A stretch of DNA of 64,000 bases, from positions 32,001 through 96,000 of IMG/VR virus record IMGVR_UViG_3300027782_000029. One strand, written 5' to 3'. Positions within the stretch are counted from its first letter, which is position 1. Each line of letters begins with the position of its first letter. A program made the position numbers and the translations under genes. Below, in pieces: positions 48,268 to 58,536 of this stretch. The DNA is from a virus (taxonomy: Duplodnaviria > Caudoviricetes). Below the pieces are notes generated by a model that did no database searches, had not been told where the DNA came from, and worked only from the letters and a program-made list of their open reading frames with translations.

Positions 48268-48821
48268 ATGAGAAAATTAATTAATACTTTAATTCCAAAA
48301 ATCAGACCGTATACTGACGGCATTGATTACGGAATGAAGCATAATCAAACAATAGAAGATCATCATTTCTTTACTTATCCATTTCGTACAGACAATCATC
48401 AATTAGCTAGAAAACAAGATAAACTATACCGTAAAGGTATACGTACTGCTAGAGCTTATTCTCGTTATAGGTATGAAATACTCTTACTCATATACGTATT
48501 CTCAACTGCTGTGATATTTTCACGTTGCGGTTGGTAAAATAACCACCAATAAAGGAAAACATGAAAACAAAACTACAACCAACACGTCAAGAAGCTCAAG
48601 ATCTTATTCTTTTAGCTCATCGTTTAATTGACAATCTTAGACCTATAGGCCTTGACCTTAGAGAACTTTTATTATCTCTTCATGAAGCTAATTTAACTTT
48701 GTCATTTGCTAATACTGAAACAGATTTAGATAATCACGACCTTACTCCGTTATTTGCTATTCAACTTCTTGATAACCCTCAGTTGCAAAATTATGATTCT
48801 TCAATTGAAGTAATAATTTAA
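48268..48821 (+). other. Two hypothetical genes (48268-48537, 48561-48821)
   Basis: ORF track; RBS before 48561. Confidence 0.5.
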
Positions 48822-48828
48822 AAATTTA

Positions 48829-48901
48829 TCCCAGATAGCTCAGTTGGCAGAGCTACGGACTGTTAATCCGTTGGTCGTAGGTTCGACCCCTACTCTGGGA
48901 G
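48829..48901 (+). tRNA. tRNA-Asn(GUU)
   Basis: Acceptor tcccaga/tctggga, acgga-CTGTTAA-tccgt, GGTTCGA T loop. Confidence 0.93.
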
Positions 48902-48903
48902 CT

Positions 48904-49116
48904 ATGAAAAACAATCACATATATGCTCAATTCGGTAAAACTCTTATTGGAAAAAAAGTTCAATTAATTAGTTGCACTGATGAATTTACTGCTTTAACTC
49001 CTGGTACCCAAGGTGTTATTAACTATGTTGATGACAATGGTACTGTTTTTGTAAACTGGGAAAATGGATCTACATTAGGTCTTATTCCTGGAATTGATAA
49101 ATGGACATACCTGTAA
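48904..49116 (+). CDS. DUF4314-like protein
   Basis: VQLISCTDEF...PGTQGVINYVDDNGTVFVNWENGSTLGLIPGIDKW; true start follows the tRNA. Confidence 0.75.
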   Translation: MKNNHIYAQFGKTLIGKKVQLISCTDEFTALTPGTQGVINYVDDNGTVFVNWENGSTLGLIPGIDKWTYL

Positions 49117-49391
49117 TGTCTAATCCTATATACTACACTCGTTCAAACGAAGGTGTAATTCACGATCATTTTGATTCTATACAATCTGCTTTAAAATATT
49201 TTTTAGCAGAAGATGGATATCGTTTAGATATACAAATGTCTGAAAATGAAATTCTTTATTTTTATCGTGATACCTTCGACCACGGTTCGCTATCTTTTCA
49301 AGTAGCTAAATCTAAAATTCTTTATTATAAAAACGATCAAACAACAGATAACGATAATGTTATCTTAGTTAATTTTTTAAATAATAATTAA
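49116..49391 (+). CDS. Hypothetical protein
   Basis: TAATG coupling to the previous gene. Confidence 0.5.
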   Translation: MSNPIYYTRSNEGVIHDHFDSIQSALKYFLAEDGYRLDIQMSENEILYFYRDTFDHGSLSFQVAKSKILYYKNDQTTDNDNVILVNFLNNN

Positions 49392-49431
49392 ACAAATAAA
49401 CAAACAAATAATATAATAGAAACGAGTACTA

Positions 49432-49632
49432 ATGCCTACAGGTATTGTAAAATTTTTTAATGAAGAAAAAGGCTTTGGCTTTATTTCTACAGAAACAGAT
49501 GGAGACATCTTTGTTCATTCTTCTAACATAGAAGGATCTGGCCGACGTGGACTTGTCACAGGTCAGAGTGTCGAGTTCGAGATTGGTGAAGGCCGTAAAG
49601 GTCCTGAAGCAAACAACGTTCGTCTTGTATAG
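49432..49632 (+). CDS. cspA: Cold-shock domain protein
   Basis: [15 protein letters not shown] (RNP1), DIFVHSS (RNP2), VEFEI...GPEANNV. Confidence 0.95.
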   Translation: MPTGIVKFFNEEKGFGFISTETDGDIFVHSSNIEGSGRRGLVTGQSVEFEIGEGRKGPEANNVRLV

Positions 49633-49728
49633 TTCTTAGTGTACAAAACTGTACTCTTATTCAACGCATTGTTTACATTCTTTATTATAAGAATAGTTTA
49701 CGATGCCTACACACATAAGGATTAACTA

Positions 49729-50707
49729 ATGATATTTAAACTACACGAAAAGCATAAGCTTGATATTATTGCCCATTCTTTAACTAAGTATGGCATTACA
49801 ATTTGGCATGGTATTCCTGAACAAATTGTTCTTGATCTTCATACAGCTGGTTATAAAATTAAAAAGCGTAAAAACTTTAAAAAGCTTTCTAATCAAATAA
49901 ATCATCCAGCAACTCATCTTTTAGATGATGTTCACTTATTGTAATGCTTATATACGCAATCATTGCTATTGGTGCACTTTGGGGTATCATTACTCTTATT
50001 TCACTTCATGAAGAAGAGAAAGACATTCAAGAAATGATTGATTCTGCCCGCAAAGCAACTAAGGACAAAACTCTATGACCAATGAGTTAAACTTATTAAA
50101 TGAACTTCATGTTGGTGATACCGTAGGTCACACCAATCGGACTGTTTTAGCGCTTACTAAAAAAGCTGATAGAGTTCTTGATGACTCTTATGCTCATTGG
50201 ATAACTATTTGCCATGGAGAAAATCAACTTCATCCATATGTAGTATGGAGTGTTGTGGCAAGACCTCAAGGCTTTGAAGCCTTTACTGGCGATTACTGCA
50301 GCACCTTAGAGCAAGCAGTTACTATATATAAAAAACGTGGAGGGGAAGCGTAATGACTATTAATCCAAAAAACAATGCTATCCAAATGGTTGATAAAGCT
50401 ATTGGAGACATTTCTGGTCAACAGCTTGTCTCGTCATCTGAGATGACAGACCTATTATTAGACATTCGTCTATACCTACTACTTACAGAAGAGGCTACAC
50501 CAACTCATGAAAGTTAAATTTAACATTGAAATTGAAGCTGATATTCCTGGCGAATTTCAAAACGATACTTTAGCAGTTACTTTATTACAAGAAGAAATAA
50601 TTGAACTATTGTCAATCGGCGCTGAATACGATAGAGATGATCAGCCTTCAATTATGTTTTTAGCAGGTAAGATTACTCAATATGTCCCAGGAGCTGGAAA
50701 GCTTTAA
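49729..50707 (+). other. Run of small hypothetical genes (49729-49944, 50075-50353, 50507-50707 and short intervening ORFs)
   Basis: Co-oriented, closely packed ORFs. Confidence 0.5.
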
Positions 50708-50870
50708 TATTTTACTTGATTAATGTTATGCAGTGACATGCAATCACTAATTACTTGGGAGCTAACAGTCCCCATTGCTACAGGTTAACACTCGTTTACG
50801 ACTGTCCTGTCCACAAAGTGAATATACCAATCCACTTGACCCCAGACACAGGTGGTCACAACTGTCCTTC

Positions 50871-50944
50871 GGGCTCTTAGCTCAGTTGGTTAGAGCGCCG
50901 GACTCATAATCCGTTGGTCGTGGGTTCAAGTCCCACAGAGCCCA
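50871..50944 (+). tRNA. tRNA with CAU anticodon (Ile2 lysidine-type or elongator Met)
   Basis: Acceptor gggctct/agagccc, loop CTCATAA, GGTTCAAG T loop. Confidence 0.9.
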
Positions 50945-51103
50945 CTATGCTAAAAACTATTTTTATGTATATTTGGTTACTCTATATAGGGTTAACCGAA
51001 TCTTTATTCATACAATTCTTTGCAATATTAATCTTTTATGTTGCTTCTCGAATTGCTTATTCTCCTACAAAAAATTGGTATTACCCAGAACAGGACCAAT
51101 AAA

Positions 51104-51367
51104 ATGCCTTACATTAAACAAGAAGACCGTGAGTTCTTTGACCAACGGTTGACATTTAAATCAACAGTGATTCATTCTGCTGGTGATCTTAATTATTGTA
51201 TCACCAAGCTAGTTGATCATTACATCACTGCTCATGGTAAGAATTATGCTAACATTAATGCTGCCATTGGAGCATTAGAATGTGCAAAGCTTGAGCTCTA
51301 TCGTCGTATAGTAGCTCCTTATGAAGATTCTAAAATACAGCAAAACGGAGATGCTTACACATTATGA
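51104..51367 (+). CDS. Conserved phage hypothetical protein (DUF6899-like)
   Basis: MPYIKQEDR...GDLNY...GALECAKLELYRR...PYED.K..NGD. Confidence 0.65.
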   Translation: MPYIKQEDREFFDQRLTFKSTVIHSAGDLNYCITKLVDHYITAHGKNYANINAAIGALECAKLELYRRIVAPYEDSKIQQNGDAYTL

Positions 51368-51549
51368 GCAACAAGATAAACGTTACAGCTAGAATAGATC
51401 GACCTTCCAAGGTCAACCATTCAGATACCAAAAGACAGTGTCACCACACTAACTGTAACACTCTTCTTTCTATATACAACTTTACAAACTATTGTTCTAC
51501 TCACGAACGTTATACTTTACCATTAAGTAAATTTATTTAAGGATTAATT

Positions 51550-52020
51550 ATGGGAATGGATGTTTATGGCATAATGCCAAAGAATCAACAGGGCGAATAC
51601 TTTCGGTCTAATGTTTGGTATTGGCACCCTTTATGGAATTGCTTAGAAGAACTTCATCCTGCTATTTGTGGCAGGTGTGAATCTCCCCATGATAATTCTG
51701 GTTCTGGATTAAACGCTAAAGATTCATCAGCTCTTTCTAAGCTTTTAAAAAAAGATTTAGAAAAAGGAATCATAGAAAAATATATTGCAGATTATCGTGC
51801 AGCTATTGAAGCTATACCTTTAGAGGATTGCAAATATTGCGATTCTAAAGGAACTCGAGACTGGCCTCAAGATGATGGCACAGTTAAAACTCAAGAGTGC
51901 AACTCTTGTAGTGGCACTCTAAAGGTTAAAACATCTCTCTCATGGTACTGCATGGATTTAGATCTTATGAAAGAATTTCAAGTCTTTCTTGAAAACTGTG
52001 GTGGATTTAGAATCCACTAA
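51550..52020 (+). CDS. Phage protein with DnaJ-type CxxCxGxG zinc finger
   Basis: MGMDVYG...YFRSNVWYWHPLW; CKYCDSKG...CNSCSGT. Confidence 0.65.
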   Translation: MGMDVYGIMPKNQQGEYFRSNVWYWHPLWNCLEELHPAICGRCESPHDNSGSGLNAKDSSALSKLLKKDLEKGIIEKYIADYRAAIEAIPLEDCKYCDSKGTRDWPQDDGTVKTQECNSCSGTLKVKTSLSWYCMDLDLMKEFQVFLENCGGFRIH

Positions 52021-52328
52021 GATTTAACTAGTAACCTTGTCTATTAACGCTGGTAGATAAGACTGCTAGTTAATTGATTTGGTAACACCGGCGCTTACTG
52101 GGACGTAACAGCGACAGTGTTACCAATAAGTTTGATAACAGCTAGAAAATTCAATCTTACTACGTGGTAAAACACAGAAATAAGCCAACTGAATTGCTGA
52201 CGGAAAAAGCAATGATCCTAGTGGTCCCCATATCGACCCCATTGCCTGTTGTCAATTACTCTGCTATAATAAGGATATTATGATATTAGATTTTCGAATA
52301 CGTGGCTTGTAGTATATTAATGCTGCAA

Positions 52329-52402
52329 GCCGAGTGGTCCGAACGGTATGACGGAAGAAACCTTATAAGTTTCCTGAACAGGTTCAATTCCTGTACTCGG
52401 TA
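52329..52402 (+). tRNA. tRNA-Ile(UAU), atypical
   Basis: Acceptor gccgagt/actcggt, D stem tccg/cgga, gaaac-CTTATAA-gtttc, T arm acagg-ttcaatt-cctgt; G rather than U at position 8. Confidence 0.75.
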
Positions 52403-52448
52403 CTAAAAATATTCAAATCAAAATCTGACAAAATAACATTGGAGAACC

Positions 52449-53108
52449 ATGTCTTTTAACCACCTGTCGGATAACGATGACGACCTCTTTTCTGAGACAT
52501 CATCTATTCCACCATCCATTAAACTTCCTAATACTTCTACTACCGCTTCTTCTTTAGACGACTTTCGTTCTATAATTGAGAGTGCAGATATAGATGAAGA
52601 GAAGATTGGCTCTATGTTAATGCGGTCTAAGCTAGCATTAACTCTTTATGAAAGTGCCAATACTTTTATATTTCAAACAAATGCCTATGCCCGCACAACT
52701 TTTAATACTTTAAATTCTCTTACTGACGGAAACTTTCAATACAATCTTTATTGTGACATTCTTGAGGAGTCTATTTTTCGGAGAATGTTAATTATTGATT
52801 TTGTTAACGCAATAACAGAACAAACTGATGAAGATATTTTTAAGAAAATTTCTGAGATATTTAAGATTGAAATGGATGAAAGATTTGTATCTACATACTT
52901 TCATTCAATGCGTAAGATCTTAAACTTTGTCATTATTGACAGTATTGAACTTTATAAAAAAGTTTGTTCTCTATGTAATCGTGAACCAAGTTCTGCCCTT
53001 ATTGAACAGCACACTGGTTCAGCAAAAGACTACCTTTCTTCTGACACATATATCAACAGCATATTTGCTAACATTAGAAAATCTAATGGTCATGGATATA
53101 AGTCGTGA
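52449..53108 (+). CDS. Acidic helical hypothetical protein
   Basis: 219 aa, GGAG RBS. Confidence 0.6.
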   Translation: MSFNHLSDNDDDLFSETSSIPPSIKLPNTSTTASSLDDFRSIIESADIDEEKIGSMLMRSKLALTLYESANTFIFQTNAYARTTFNTLNSLTDGNFQYNLYCDILEESIFRRMLIIDFVNAITEQTDEDIFKKISEIFKIEMDERFVSTYFHSMRKILNFVIIDSIELYKKVCSLCNREPSSALIEQHTGSAKDYLSSDTYINSIFANIRKSNGHGYKS

Positions 53109-53500
53109 CTTTAATAAAAGTTACTCAAGAATATATTCATCATCAACAGTATGTAAATACTTCTATAGCATCTTGGAAAGATAAAGCTTCTTGTCTTTCT
53201 ACTTCTGAGATTGAAGATTTTTTTCATACTAAAGAATCTATACTGCGTTCACTTTCTAAGAGATACTGTCAAGGTTGCCCAGTTCAATTCTATTGCCTTT
53301 ACACTTCTTTGGTTAACCAAGAAGCTTATGGTCTTTGGGGTGGATTAACTCCAAAACAGAGAAAAACATATTTTAAATACATTTTAAATATAGCTGCACA
53401 ACAAGGCCTTAATACTAAAACTTGGTCTACACAATTAGACTTACTTATAAAAAAATATTCTAACACTGAAGAATTAATTTCTGTTATGAATCCATACTAA
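53105..53500 (+). CDS. whiB: WhiB-family protein (second copy, C-terminally extended)
   Basis: WKDKASC...FF...YCQGCPVQFYC...GLWGGLTPKQR. Confidence 0.9.
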   Translation: MTLIKVTQEYIHHQQYVNTSIASWKDKASCLSTSEIEDFFHTKESILRSLSKRYCQGCPVQFYCLYTSLVNQEAYGLWGGLTPKQRKTYFKYILNIAAQQGLNTKTWSTQLDLLIKKYSNTEELISVMNPY

Positions 53501-53513
53501 TAAAAGGTAAATT

Positions 53514-53912
53514 ATGGACATATATCCTGAGAAGATACCATCTTCTTCCAAATCTTTAAATTCTTTTTATTTTAATCTTGACTCCTCAAAGCACGTCAAG
53601 AAAGAAATAGAAAACCACCTTAGCATACTCAATGATCGAATTGATAAAATTGTAGATCATTTTACTTTAGAGGATATGCCTGTTATTAAGTTCATTCTTA
53701 ATATCAGTGAGAATCGTGAAGATCTGAAAAAAGTTGGCAAAGCCTTAGACCGTGTTGCCGATCTTATTGAAGCTCGTAATGACCTTCTTCCCAAGCTTAA
53801 GATTATTGAACTTGCTGAAAAAGATCCCAATTGGTTTGCTTTAACCTTTGGAGATTTTTCTGTAAACTTAGATTTAGAATTAGATAATATATTAGGAGAC
53901 TTAGATGTCTGA
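53514..53912 (+). CDS. Hypothetical protein
   Basis: 132 aa; overlaps the start of the E2 gene. Confidence 0.6.
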   Translation: MDIYPEKIPSSSKSLNSFYFNLDSSKHVKKEIENHLSILNDRIDKIVDHFTLEDMPVIKFILNISENREDLKKVGKALDRVADLIEARNDLLPKLKIIELAEKDPNWFALTFGDFSVNLDLELDNILGDLDV

Positions 53913-55740
53913 TACTTTTAACTACTCACTCGTTGCTACAGAGGAAGGTGCTTTCACTGTTCGTTCAACTGTTAAATCTTTTAACCTTGACCATGTCACA
54001 GATAAAGATATTGTATCTTTTTATAAAAACTTTTCACAGTATGCTTCTTTTGATACAGGCCTCATGCCTCTTGATGGGACTGGCGTTCTAGCCATTAGAA
54101 CAGCTGGCCCTCATACTCAAGTTGTTACCCAACATAAGCCTGGCATGTATCACCTTAACTGGGGTTCATACGAAGGTGACTCTAGTGCTAAAGCATACTA
54201 TGTTGCTCAGCCTTATCGAATTGTAGTTGGTGACTTTAAAAATGGTAACCTTCTTGGCGCAAAAATGTTTTATTCGCCAGTTCCAATTACCTCTCCTGAT
54301 AATCAACTCTATCATGTTAATCTTCCAAACATTAACTGCAAAGGTTACCGTGGCAATGCTGTAGGTTGGATATGCTTGTATCTTAAAGATGATTGGTCAG
54401 CCCTTCCTTTCAACGAAAAGATCAGTCGCTTTATTGAACGCTGCTCTGGTGTTGAAACATACAACGATGCCAATATGTCAGAAACTGACGGTGCTCGCTT
54501 TTATCAAAAAGCTGGCAAACCAGAATACTTCTGGGATCCATCTGTATGGCAAACTAGGTCAGCCGAAGATGGCTACAATTGGACTTTAGATTCTGATCTT
54601 TTAATTCCTGTTAAAGTAAAAGATATGGACGATCAAGGTCAACATGATGACAATGGAGTTCCATTAACTCTTGCTATGGCTATGCTTGGCAACTATCAAG
54701 CATACTATTCTGACGGTGAACACACCAAAATGTACAATAAGATTTCTCGTTCTGATATGGAACTTAAAAATTCTGAAATTGCTACTTTTATTAAAGCTTC
54801 TTTTGCTTCTGCTCCAGTAACATATACTCATCAGAACAAAGATAATCCTTATGATTTTACTATAGCCCATCGTGAACAAAATGGTTCTGCAACCCTTGAT
54901 ACTTCTAAGCTCTGGGTTGCTAATAATGAAGATGAGAGCGAAGATGAGAACACATGGATTTGCAACCATTGTGAGGAAATAATGACAGAAGAAGATCCTG
55001 TTTGGGATGCACACGATAACTCTCTTTGTCTTTACTGCTTAGAGAGTCACTATGTTCTTATTCCTTCTGTCGAAAAGTATTACAATCAAGAAGATGACAA
55101 CGTTGTATACATAGAGTCTACTGATTCTTGGTACCATACTGCTCACGATACAATCATTGAATGCTCTTCTTGTGATGATGAGTATGCAATGAGTGGCAAT
55201 GGGATCATGCAGCTTCATACTGTTCAAGCTAAATTCCATAGACTTCAAGACTTGTCTTTAGTTTGTCCAACTTGCTTTACTAAAGATATAGTACAAAATG
55301 AACTTGATACTGCTGAATGTCTTTCGTGTCATAAACTTGTTGTTACATCTACTGGATGGCAATCTGTTTATCCTACATTGAAGACAGTAGATATTAACAT
55401 TGATGATCCAAATAACTCTACTTCAGAATATGTTTCATTCTGCGATTCTTGTGCTCCTAACTTCTTTGTTTGCCCTTGTGGCTTAATTAAAGATAAAGCA
55501 CAAACCCAATTTGGTTCTTGCACTCCTACTCCAATTGATTCATTTGATGATTCTGTTTCCTTAGCCGTTACAGCTTGCTGTGGTGGCTGCTTAGGAAATG
55601 TAACTGAAAATAGCGGTGGAATGATGGTTGCACACTTTGAGCCTAATATTCCAGCTTTTGTTGAAATAGTTGCAAAACACAAACTTTATCCTGGCATTAA
55701 TTCTATTAATGTCCAACCACTTGGCGATGATCCCTTTTAA
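53905..55740 (+). CDS. Prokaryotic E2 (UBC-fold, family D-like) protein with CxxC-rich C-terminal half
   Basis: LYHVNLPNIN...GWICL matches the E2 PN...GxICL active-site signature; many CxxC pairs after about residue 350. Confidence 0.7.
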   Translation: MSDTFNYSLVATEEGAFTVRSTVKSFNLDHVTDKDIVSFYKNFSQYASFDTGLMPLDGTGVLAIRTAGPHTQVVTQHKPGMYHLNWGSYEGDSSAKAYYVAQPYRIVVGDFKNGNLLGAKMFYSPVPITSPDNQLYHVNLPNINCKGYRGNAVGWICLYLKDDWSALPFNEKISRFIERCSGVETYNDANMSETDGARFYQKAGKPEYFWDPSVWQTRSAEDGYNWTLDSDLLIPVKVKDMDDQGQHDDNGVPLTLAMAMLGNYQAYYSDGEHTKMYNKISRSDMELKNSEIATFIKASFASAPVTYTHQNKDNPYDFTIAHREQNGSATLDTSKLWVANNEDESEDENTWICNHCEEIMTEEDPVWDAHDNSLCLYCLESHYVLIPSVEKYYNQEDDNVVYIESTDSWYHTAHDTIIECSSCDDEYAMSGNGIMQLHTVQAKFHRLQDLSLVCPTCFTKDIVQNELDTAECLSCHKLVVTSTGWQSVYPTLKTVDINIDDPNNSTSEYVSFCDSCAPNFFVCPCGLIKDKAQTQFGSCTPTPIDSFDDSVSLAVTACCGGCLGNVTENSGGMMVAHFEPNIPAFVEIVAKHKLYPGINSINVQPLGDDPF

Positions 55741-55781
55741 TTCAATACAAAACACTGAACCCAAATATATCGGAGATATTA

Positions 55782-57410
55782 ATGGACACTGAAAATATAA
55801 CATACATGGATGTTAAGTTAGAAGATCTAACTTACTTCTGGACTAAATCTGGAGTCCCCTGCTTCATGGCTAACAGGGAAAACATTGAGGAAGAAATTGA
55901 ATTCCTCGGATTCAATATTTATTATCTCATATGTAACGTTGCAGAAAGTCGCAAGGTCGAGCACAAGGCTAAAACTAATCCTTACGTTGCACCTTGGACC
56001 GAAACTGTTACTGACTACAATAGCAGCATTGTAAAAGTTGTTAATAACTTTGTTGGTCGTTCTGTAAGCGTAGTTGAAAACGAAGACATTTACGACTTTG
56101 AAGCAGTTCGTGTTGAGGCAGAGTATTCTCTTCCTCCAATTCCTAAAGTAATTATAGATAAGCTTGATGAGTTCTTCCGACTTGTCGATGCTCAGCACGG
56201 TACTGAATCTATTGTTCTATTGACCTTTGATCCAAACTTTGAAGGCACTTCTCAAGGTTGGGGAGTCCTAGTCCCTGAGCAAACTAATACTTCAGTTCAC
56301 TGTAAGTATGAAGCCGATAGCATTGTAGATCAGAAGCCAGATCATGTACTCATTGTTGGCTCTGTCCATAGTCATCCTAAGATGGCAGCATATGCCTCTG
56401 GGACCGACCATGCTGACCAAGCAGACTTTGATGGTGTCCATATAACCTATGGTTGGCAATCTTCTGTTAACAACGGCGCAACTCAGTATCACATCGAGCT
56501 TCAGATGGCTGGAACAGCCTATACTCTTAAGCCTGAAGATGTTTTTGAATCGTTCACAATAACCAAAGACCCTGATCCAGAGGTTGTTGCTTGGACTGAT
56601 AAAGTAAAAAAAGTACTCCCCCCTATAGCGGGGGGTTCGGTTACTCAGGTGGCACAGTCTACGCCACTCCAGCCAGCAACTCAACAGCGGGTCTATACGC
56701 CAGCTGGTACGATTAAGGGAGACTCTCGGCTTCAGGAGCTTCCTGAACTAAAAGACGTTGATCCGTACATTATTATAGCTGAAGTTGATTATTCTGATAA
56801 AGATGCAGAATGTTTATCCTGTTCTTATCCTTTTACTCTTGCTGAAATGCTTGTTAATATTTGTCCTAATTGCGACATTCTAATGTGCGATCTTCAATCT
56901 TCTTATTCAGAAATATTGATGTCTGGTGCTCGATATCTTCGTGAACGCAAAAAAGATCCAAATGTTAATTATTATCTTTGGATTAAAAATGATAACAGTG
57001 AAGACGCTCTTTTGCGCATAGCTGATAAGTCTGATGATTATATTCCCAATTTAATTACTGATTCTCAAATTGAAATTGAAGAGCTTGATAATTTTTATTA
57101 TCAGGGATTTGACGAAGGATTTACAGTTTGCTGTAATATTCCTGTAGAAGATGCATATAGGTGCATCTGTCTTAACACTGTCCTTTACTCTGATGTTATG
57201 GATTTTGATCAGGCTCATCCATATGATGTCTATGACAGAAATGCTGGATGTCTTAATTGTGAATATTATTATTCAAAGAGTTGTGAGCCATACTTTAAGT
57301 CTATCTTAGAGTTTGCCTCTACAAAAACACCAATTCAAAATCCCATTAAAGAATGTAAAGATTTTTCACCATTCTCTAACATAGCATACGAAGGTTCATA
57401 TTATGAGTAA
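55782..57410 (+). CDS. JAB/MPN metallo-isopeptidase with C-terminal zinc-binding region
   Basis: TESIVLL...VGSVHSHPKMAAYASGTD (E...HxH-x7-S-x2-D). Confidence 0.85.
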   Translation: MDTENITYMDVKLEDLTYFWTKSGVPCFMANRENIEEEIEFLGFNIYYLICNVAESRKVEHKAKTNPYVAPWTETVTDYNSSIVKVVNNFVGRSVSVVENEDIYDFEAVRVEAEYSLPPIPKVIIDKLDEFFRLVDAQHGTESIVLLTFDPNFEGTSQGWGVLVPEQTNTSVHCKYEADSIVDQKPDHVLIVGSVHSHPKMAAYASGTDHADQADFDGVHITYGWQSSVNNGATQYHIELQMAGTAYTLKPEDVFESFTITKDPDPEVVAWTDKVKKVLPPIAGGSVTQVAQSTPLQPATQQRVYTPAGTIKGDSRLQELPELKDVDPYIIIAEVDYSDKDAECLSCSYPFTLAEMLVNICPNCDILMCDLQSSYSEILMSGARYLRERKKDPNVNYYLWIKNDNSEDALLRIADKSDDYIPNLITDSQIEIEELDNFYYQGFDEGFTVCCNIPVEDAYRCICLNTVLYSDVMDFDQAHPYDVYDRNAGCLNCEYYYSKSCEPYFKSILEFASTKTPIQNPIKECKDFSPFSNIAYEGSYYE

Positions 57411-58149
57411 TCCTAAAAGAGTTGTAATGGTCGGTGCTGGTGGTATCGGCACTTGGCTTGCATCAGGAGTCGTTAGACTTCTTGAGTGGAAGTTTCCTGG
57501 TTCTGCTTTGATCATCGTTGATGGTGATCACTATGAAGCTAAGAACCTTGAACGTCAAGACTTTAGTCAGATGGGCAATAAAGCTTCTGTTAAAGCTTTA
57601 GAGCTTTCTAAACAGTTTAGTAGCACTATGATCATTCCAATCCCTAAGTGGGTTGTTTCTGATGATCATCCTGATGTTGATGAAGAAGCTGGCAAAATTA
57701 AAGCTTCTCAGTTAATTACTGAAGGTGACATAGTCCTTGCTGTTGTTGATAACTTCTCTGCTCGTAAAATTCTTTTCGATGCAGCCTCAAAGCTCGACAA
57801 CGTAGATGTTTTTACTGGTGGTAATGACGATAACCTATTTGGTAGTCTTTATCATTATCAGCGTCGCAATGGACAAGATGTCACTGCACATCCAGTAGAG
57901 ACACATCCTGAATACCAGAACCCACCTGATCGTAATCCTGGCGAGATGTCTTGCCAAGAACGCGCAGAGGTCGAAGGTGGAACTCAAATCTTAGCAACTA
58001 ATATGGCAGTTGCTGCATTTATTCTTGGTCGGATCCAGCACACGCTTGTTTCCAATCAAAATCCTGAACAATCAGAGATCTACTTTGATCTTGGATTGGG
58101 CATGGCTCAACCATACAACCGTATGGTCAACACATTAATATCAATATAG
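57403..58149 (+). CDS. E1/ThiF-family adenylating enzyme
   Basis: VMVGAGGIG, IVDGDHYEAKNLERQ, NKA, AVVDN...R; candidate catalytic Cys in EMSCQE. Confidence 0.9.
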   Translation: MSNPKRVVMVGAGGIGTWLASGVVRLLEWKFPGSALIIVDGDHYEAKNLERQDFSQMGNKASVKALELSKQFSSTMIIPIPKWVVSDDHPDVDEEAGKIKASQLITEGDIVLAVVDNFSARKILFDAASKLDNVDVFTGGNDDNLFGSLYHYQRRNGQDVTAHPVETHPEYQNPPDRNPGEMSCQERAEVEGGTQILATNMAVAAFILGRIQHTLVSNQNPEQSEIYFDLGLGMAQPYNRMVNTLISI

Positions 58150-58162
58150 ACGGAGAAGTAAA

Positions 58163-58414
58163 ATGGAACTTACATCTAACCAAAATAACCCACAATCATC
58201 AAGTAGCGTAGCTAACGTTCGTTACGGAGTTTATAATCAGCCAGCTCCAGTTTCTGGTAAAACAGTTGCTGAAGTACGTGAGCAGTTCAGCAAGCTCTGG
58301 GGCATCAGCTCTGACGCAATTGCTTACAAGGGCAAAGACAAGCTTGACGAAAGCTATGTCATTCAAGCTAACGACAATGTTGAATTTCATCGCCGTGCTG
58401 GCGAAAAGGGCTAA
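58163..58414 (+). CDS. Ubiquitin-like (beta-grasp) protein ending in Gly
   Basis: 83 aa, GKTVAEVRE...VIQANDNVEFHRRAGEKG-stop; directly after E1. Confidence 0.8.
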   Translation: MELTSNQNNPQSSSSVANVRYGVYNQPAPVSGKTVAEVREQFSKLWGISSDAIAYKGKDKLDESYVIQANDNVEFHRRAGEKG

Positions 58415-58536
58415 TTTATTTAGTACCCCACAAGATCGTGGGGGAGATTTTGAGCTAAAATTCATACTCTCCCCCACAACATTGTCTTTTTTATAAAGGC
58501 TATAGATTATTTTATAATTATATAAACGGAGCAAAA

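Noticed and set aside
48844-48903. 5' extension of the DUF4314 ORF (and ORF 50914..51102)
   Set aside because: They overlap tRNA genes; the true start is 48904, and the other ORF is likely spurious.
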